Below, one piece after another: positions 18,187-20,929 of a stretch of 20,929 bases of DNA. Each line of letters starts with the position of its first letter. Positions within the stretch are counted from its first letter, which is position 1. This DNA comes from Candidatus Krumholzibacteriota bacterium. Its GTDB lineage: Bacteria; Krumholzibacteriota; Krumholzibacteriia; LZORAL124-64-63. The translations under genes and the position numbers were made by a program. The notes beneath the pieces are model-generated. The model did not search any database. It was given only the letters and a program-made list of their open reading frames with translations, and had not been told where the DNA came from. The stretch covers positions 1-20,929 of the forward strand of contig JBDLKA010000061.1 in NCBI GenBank assembly GCA_039714075.1, read 5' to 3'.

Positions 18187-19311
18187 TCAGGCTCCTCCGT
18201 TGGTCAGAGCGCCCGCCACGACGGCCGCCAGGTCCCGGATCTCCAGATCGGGAACCGACGGGTCGTCGCCGGACTGGGCGCACTTCAGGTGGATCATGCA
18301 CTTGGGGCAGGCGGTCACCAGGGTGTCGCTCCCGGTGTCCGCCGCCGCCTGGAGCAGATCCGTCTGGATGCGCTTGGATGCCTGGTTGCACGCCAGCCAG
18401 TTGCCGGCGCAGCAGACGGCGCCGCCCCGGTTGCGGGGCAGCTCCCTGAGTTCGAGACCGGGCACGGCCTGCAGGGCGGCCCGGGGTTCGTCGTATTTTT
18501 CCTGGTGCCGCCCCAGCCGGCACGGGTCCTCGAAGGTTACCGTCGTTTCCGTTTCGGCCAGGCCCAGTTCGCCGGTATGTTCGGCCACCAGTTCGGCCAC
18601 ATGAACCACCCGGCAGCCGGGCTGTCCGAAACGCCGTTGGTATTCGTTGATAAGGGTCAGTTGGCATTCCGGGCAGACAGTCACGACCAGCTGGGGTTCG
18701 GCCCGTTCGAACATCTTCACGTTCCGGGCAGCCAGCTGTTCGAAGGTATCCTCGTCGCCGGACCAGAGCTGGTCGTGGCCGCAGCACCGTTCGTCCCCAC
18801 GAACGGCCGGTGTCATACCCAGGGCGTTGAGGATGCGAACGGCCCCCTTTACCGCTTCCAGCGTCGCAACCTCCTTGTCGGCGAAGAAGACGTCGAAAAA
18901 AGGTGTGCAGCCGGTCCAGAGCAGGATCTTGCTGTCCGGATCGGTCTGCAGATCGTCATCCTCCAGCCAGTCGAGGCGCTGCTGGGGCAAGTCGGCCTGG
19001 GACTGGAGCGCCGCCATCTGGTCGATGGCGCTGCAGCGGGTGGAAGCGGGTTTCTCCCCCCGCTCGCGCGACAACCGGCGCAACGGAGGCACCGACGGAG
19101 AGATGGGCACTTCCTGCGGACAGCGCCGGTCGCACTGCATGCAGGTCAGGCAGTCCCAGACCGCCTCCGTTGTGGACACCGGGCGACCCTCGGCCAAACG
19201 GCGCATCAACCGGCGGGGCGATAGTGAATGGTTGTAACGGGCCACCGGACAGACGCTGGTGCACTTGCCGCAATCCAGACAGCGCAGAACCTGTGTGGCG
19301 GGCGCGGTCAT
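18187..19311 (-). CDS. HdrD-like Fe-S oxidoreductase (2x[4Fe-4S] plus two CCG domains)
   Basis: Motifs CLDCGKCTSVCP, CLTCMQCDRRCP, WTGC, ERCCG, VCPEC, DPCRLGR, VCCAG, TACPKC. ATG 19311 overlaps the mvhD stop (ATGA). Confidence 0.88.
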   Translation of the reverse strand: MTAPATQVLRCLDCGKCTSVCPVARYNHSLSPRRLMRRLAEGRPVSTTEAVWDCLTCMQCDRRCPQEVPISPSVPPLRRLSRERGEKPASTRCSAIDQMAALQSQADLPQQRLDWLEDDDLQTDPDSKILLWTGCTPFFDVFFADKEVATLEAVKGAVRILNALGMTPAVRGDERCCGHDQLWSGDEDTFEQLAARNVKMFERAEPQLVVTVCPECQLTLINEYQRRFGQPGCRVVHVAELVAEHTGELGLAETETTVTFEDPCRLGRHQEKYDEPRAALQAVPGLELRELPRNRGGAVCCAGNWLACNQASKRIQTDLLQAAADTGSDTLVTACPKCMIHLKCAQSGDDPSVPDLEIRDLAAVVAGALTNGGA

Positions 19312-19784
19312 GACGAACCCACCTCCACTTCGGCGCCGACGGGCCCGGCGGCAAATTCCGTGTCGCCGATTTCCCCGCGCAGCGGACTGGGACCCAGTTC
19401 GGTGATACGGGCCACGAACTCGTCGATCAATTCCGCCCAGCGGGGACCCTCGGCCGCCGACACCCATTCCAGGCGGACCCGGTCGGTTTCCAGGCCGAGC
19501 ATCCTCAGCATTTCCTTCGTGATGTCGAATTGCTTGATGGCCCAGTGGTTGCCGAATATGTAGTGGCAGTCCCCCAGGTGGCAGCCGCTGACCAGCACCC
19601 CGTCGGCCCCCATGCGGAAGGCCTGCAGCACGTGGGTGGTGTTCACGCGGCCCGAGCACATGGTGCGGATCACCCGGAAGCCGGGCGAATGGGCGATGCG
19701 GCTGGTGCCGGCGGTATCGGCGCCGGCGTAGCTGCACCAGTTGCAGGCGAAGACCACGATGCGGGGATCGAACTTGCCGCTCAT
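19308..19784 (-). CDS. mvhD: MvhD/FlpD-family [2Fe-2S] subunit
   Basis: Motifs [50 protein letters not shown] 19784 overlaps the upstream stop. Confidence 0.92.
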   Translation of the reverse strand: MSGKFDPRIVVFACNWCSYAGADTAGTSRIAHSPGFRVIRTMCSGRVNTTHVLQAFRMGADGVLVSGCHLGDCHYIFGNHWAIKQFDITKEMLRMLGLETDRVRLEWVSAAEGPRWAELIDEFVARITELGPSPLRGEIGDTEFAAGPVGAEVEVGSS

Positions 19785-20929
19785 TGCGCGTCCTCCCACT
19801 GCAGCATGGTATCCATCATTGTTTCGATCTGGCGGTCGGTGAAGTGGCGTGCCGTGATGGCACCGCTGGGACACCAGGCGACGCAGGTGCCACAGCCCTT
19901 GCAGGTAGCCTTGTTGATCGCCGCCACCGGCACGCCCAGCTCACCCGCTTCCAACGCAGGCGCCTGGAATTCGCAGATCTCCAGGCACGTGCCGCAGCCG
20001 CGGCACCGTGCGGGGTCGACCTCGGCCACCGTGGGCTCCAGTGCCAGCTTTTTCCGTACCATGATCTGGCCCGCCTTGCCGGCTGCGGCCGCGGCCTCGT
20101 TGAGGGAATCGCTGATGGCCTTGGCCCCCACCGCCGAACCGCAGACGAAGACGCCGTCCACCACCGTCTCCACGGGTCCGAGTTCGGGATGACGTTCCAT
20201 GAAGAATCCGTCGGGTCCCACAGGCACCTTGAGGATCTCGCGCAGCCGGTCGACGACTTCCTTGTCCGGCACCATGCCGACGGCCAGGACCACCAGGTCG
20301 GCGGGGACCTCGATGTCCCGGCCCAGCATCAGGTCGCGGGCCACCACGCCCGTGGCGACGGTCTTGCCGCCCACCACCTGCGGGGGCATGTCGCCGGGCA
20401 CCCGGATGAACAGGACACCTTCGCCCCGCGCCCTGCGGTACAGCTCCTCCGCACCGGGCGAGACGCACCGCATATCCCGGTACAGGACGGTGGTCTTGAC
20501 TCCGAACCGGGCCAGACCCAGAGCCTGTTCCACGGTGGCCGGGCAGCAGTAGCGGCTGCATCCCGGGTTGCAGCCCTCGCCTTCCCGGCGGGAACCCACG
20601 CACTGGATGAAAGCCGCGCTCACCGGTGGCCGACCCTCATCACCGAACAGCGGGTCGTCCGGGTTGGCCAGCCGCTTCTCCAGTTCCGTGCTGGTAACCA
20701 CGTTGCGCTTGGTCCCGTAGCCGAAGGTTCCGGTCGGATCGTGAACCCGGGCGCCGGTGGCCAGGATGATCGTGCCCGGTTCCAGGTCCTCGGCGGTCCC
20801 GGTTTTCCCTTCGGTCACCAGCTCGACCCTGAAGTTGCCCAGGTAACCGTGCACGGCGGCCAGGTCGGTGTTCAGCCTGACAGCGACTCCCGACTTCTCC
20901 AGCGGCCCGCCCAGGTGCGCCAGCATTTC
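19781..20929 (-). CDS. hdrA: HdrA-like flavoprotein, C-terminal part (5' end outside the window)
   Basis: Motifs [47 protein letters not shown], then CRGCGTCLEIC and CKGCGTCVAWCP. Confidence 0.88.
   Translation of the reverse strand, partial: EMLAHLGGPLEKSGVAVRLNTDLAAVHGYLGNFRVELVTEGKTGTAEDLEPGTIILATGARVHDPTGTFGYGTKRNVVTSTELEKRLANPDDPLFGDEGRPPVSAAFIQCVGSRREGEGCNPGCSRYCCPATVEQALGLARFGVKTTVLYRDMRCVSPGAEELYRRARGEGVLFIRVPGDMPPQVVGGKTVATGVVARDLMLGRDIEVPADLVVLAVGMVPDKEVVDRLREILKVPVGPDGFFMERHPELGPVETVVDGVFVCGSAVGAKAISDSLNEAAAAAGKAGQIMVRKKLALEPTVAEVDPARCRGCGTCLEICEFQAPALEAGELGVPVAAINKATCKGCGTCVAWCPSGAITARHFTDRQIETMMDTMLQWEDAQ

Noticed and set aside
1..20929. Genome-wide UGA reassignment (genetic code 4 or 25)
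   Set aside because: TGA is the evident terminator of many genes here (363, 1703, 4027, 12106, 15051, 19308, 19781), several in ATGA/TGATG overlaps.

Overview
GC-rich bacterial window with two modules. (1) 1-13619 is a divergently arranged glycan-degradation locus. It encodes three GH29 alpha-L-fucosidases, two Cys-type family S1 sulfatases, a DUF4838-like lipoprotein, a ~797-aa uncharacterised lipoprotein that may be a glycoside hydrolase, and the start of an ORF running off the left edge. Three of these proteins share a homologous C-terminal F5/8-type-like module. The content suggests sulfated fucan or fucosylated glycan use. (2) 14179-20929 is a minus-strand heterodisulfide-reductase-like operon: partial hdrA-like, mvhD, hdrD-like CCG protein, hdrA-mvhD fusion, small Zn-ribbon protein, hdrC, hdrB. 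A CxxC hypothetical gene follows it. The main hidden signal is that the two 'split' ORFs 17554..18153 and 15673..17538 are one 826-aa HdrA-MvhD gene. It has an in-frame TGA at a conserved Cys position (DCSI-U-ILGPKM) followed by a SECIS-like hairpin, so it is very probably a selenoprotein. No RNA genes, mobile elements or CRISPR arrays were seen. All family assignments are by motif recognition, with no database search.
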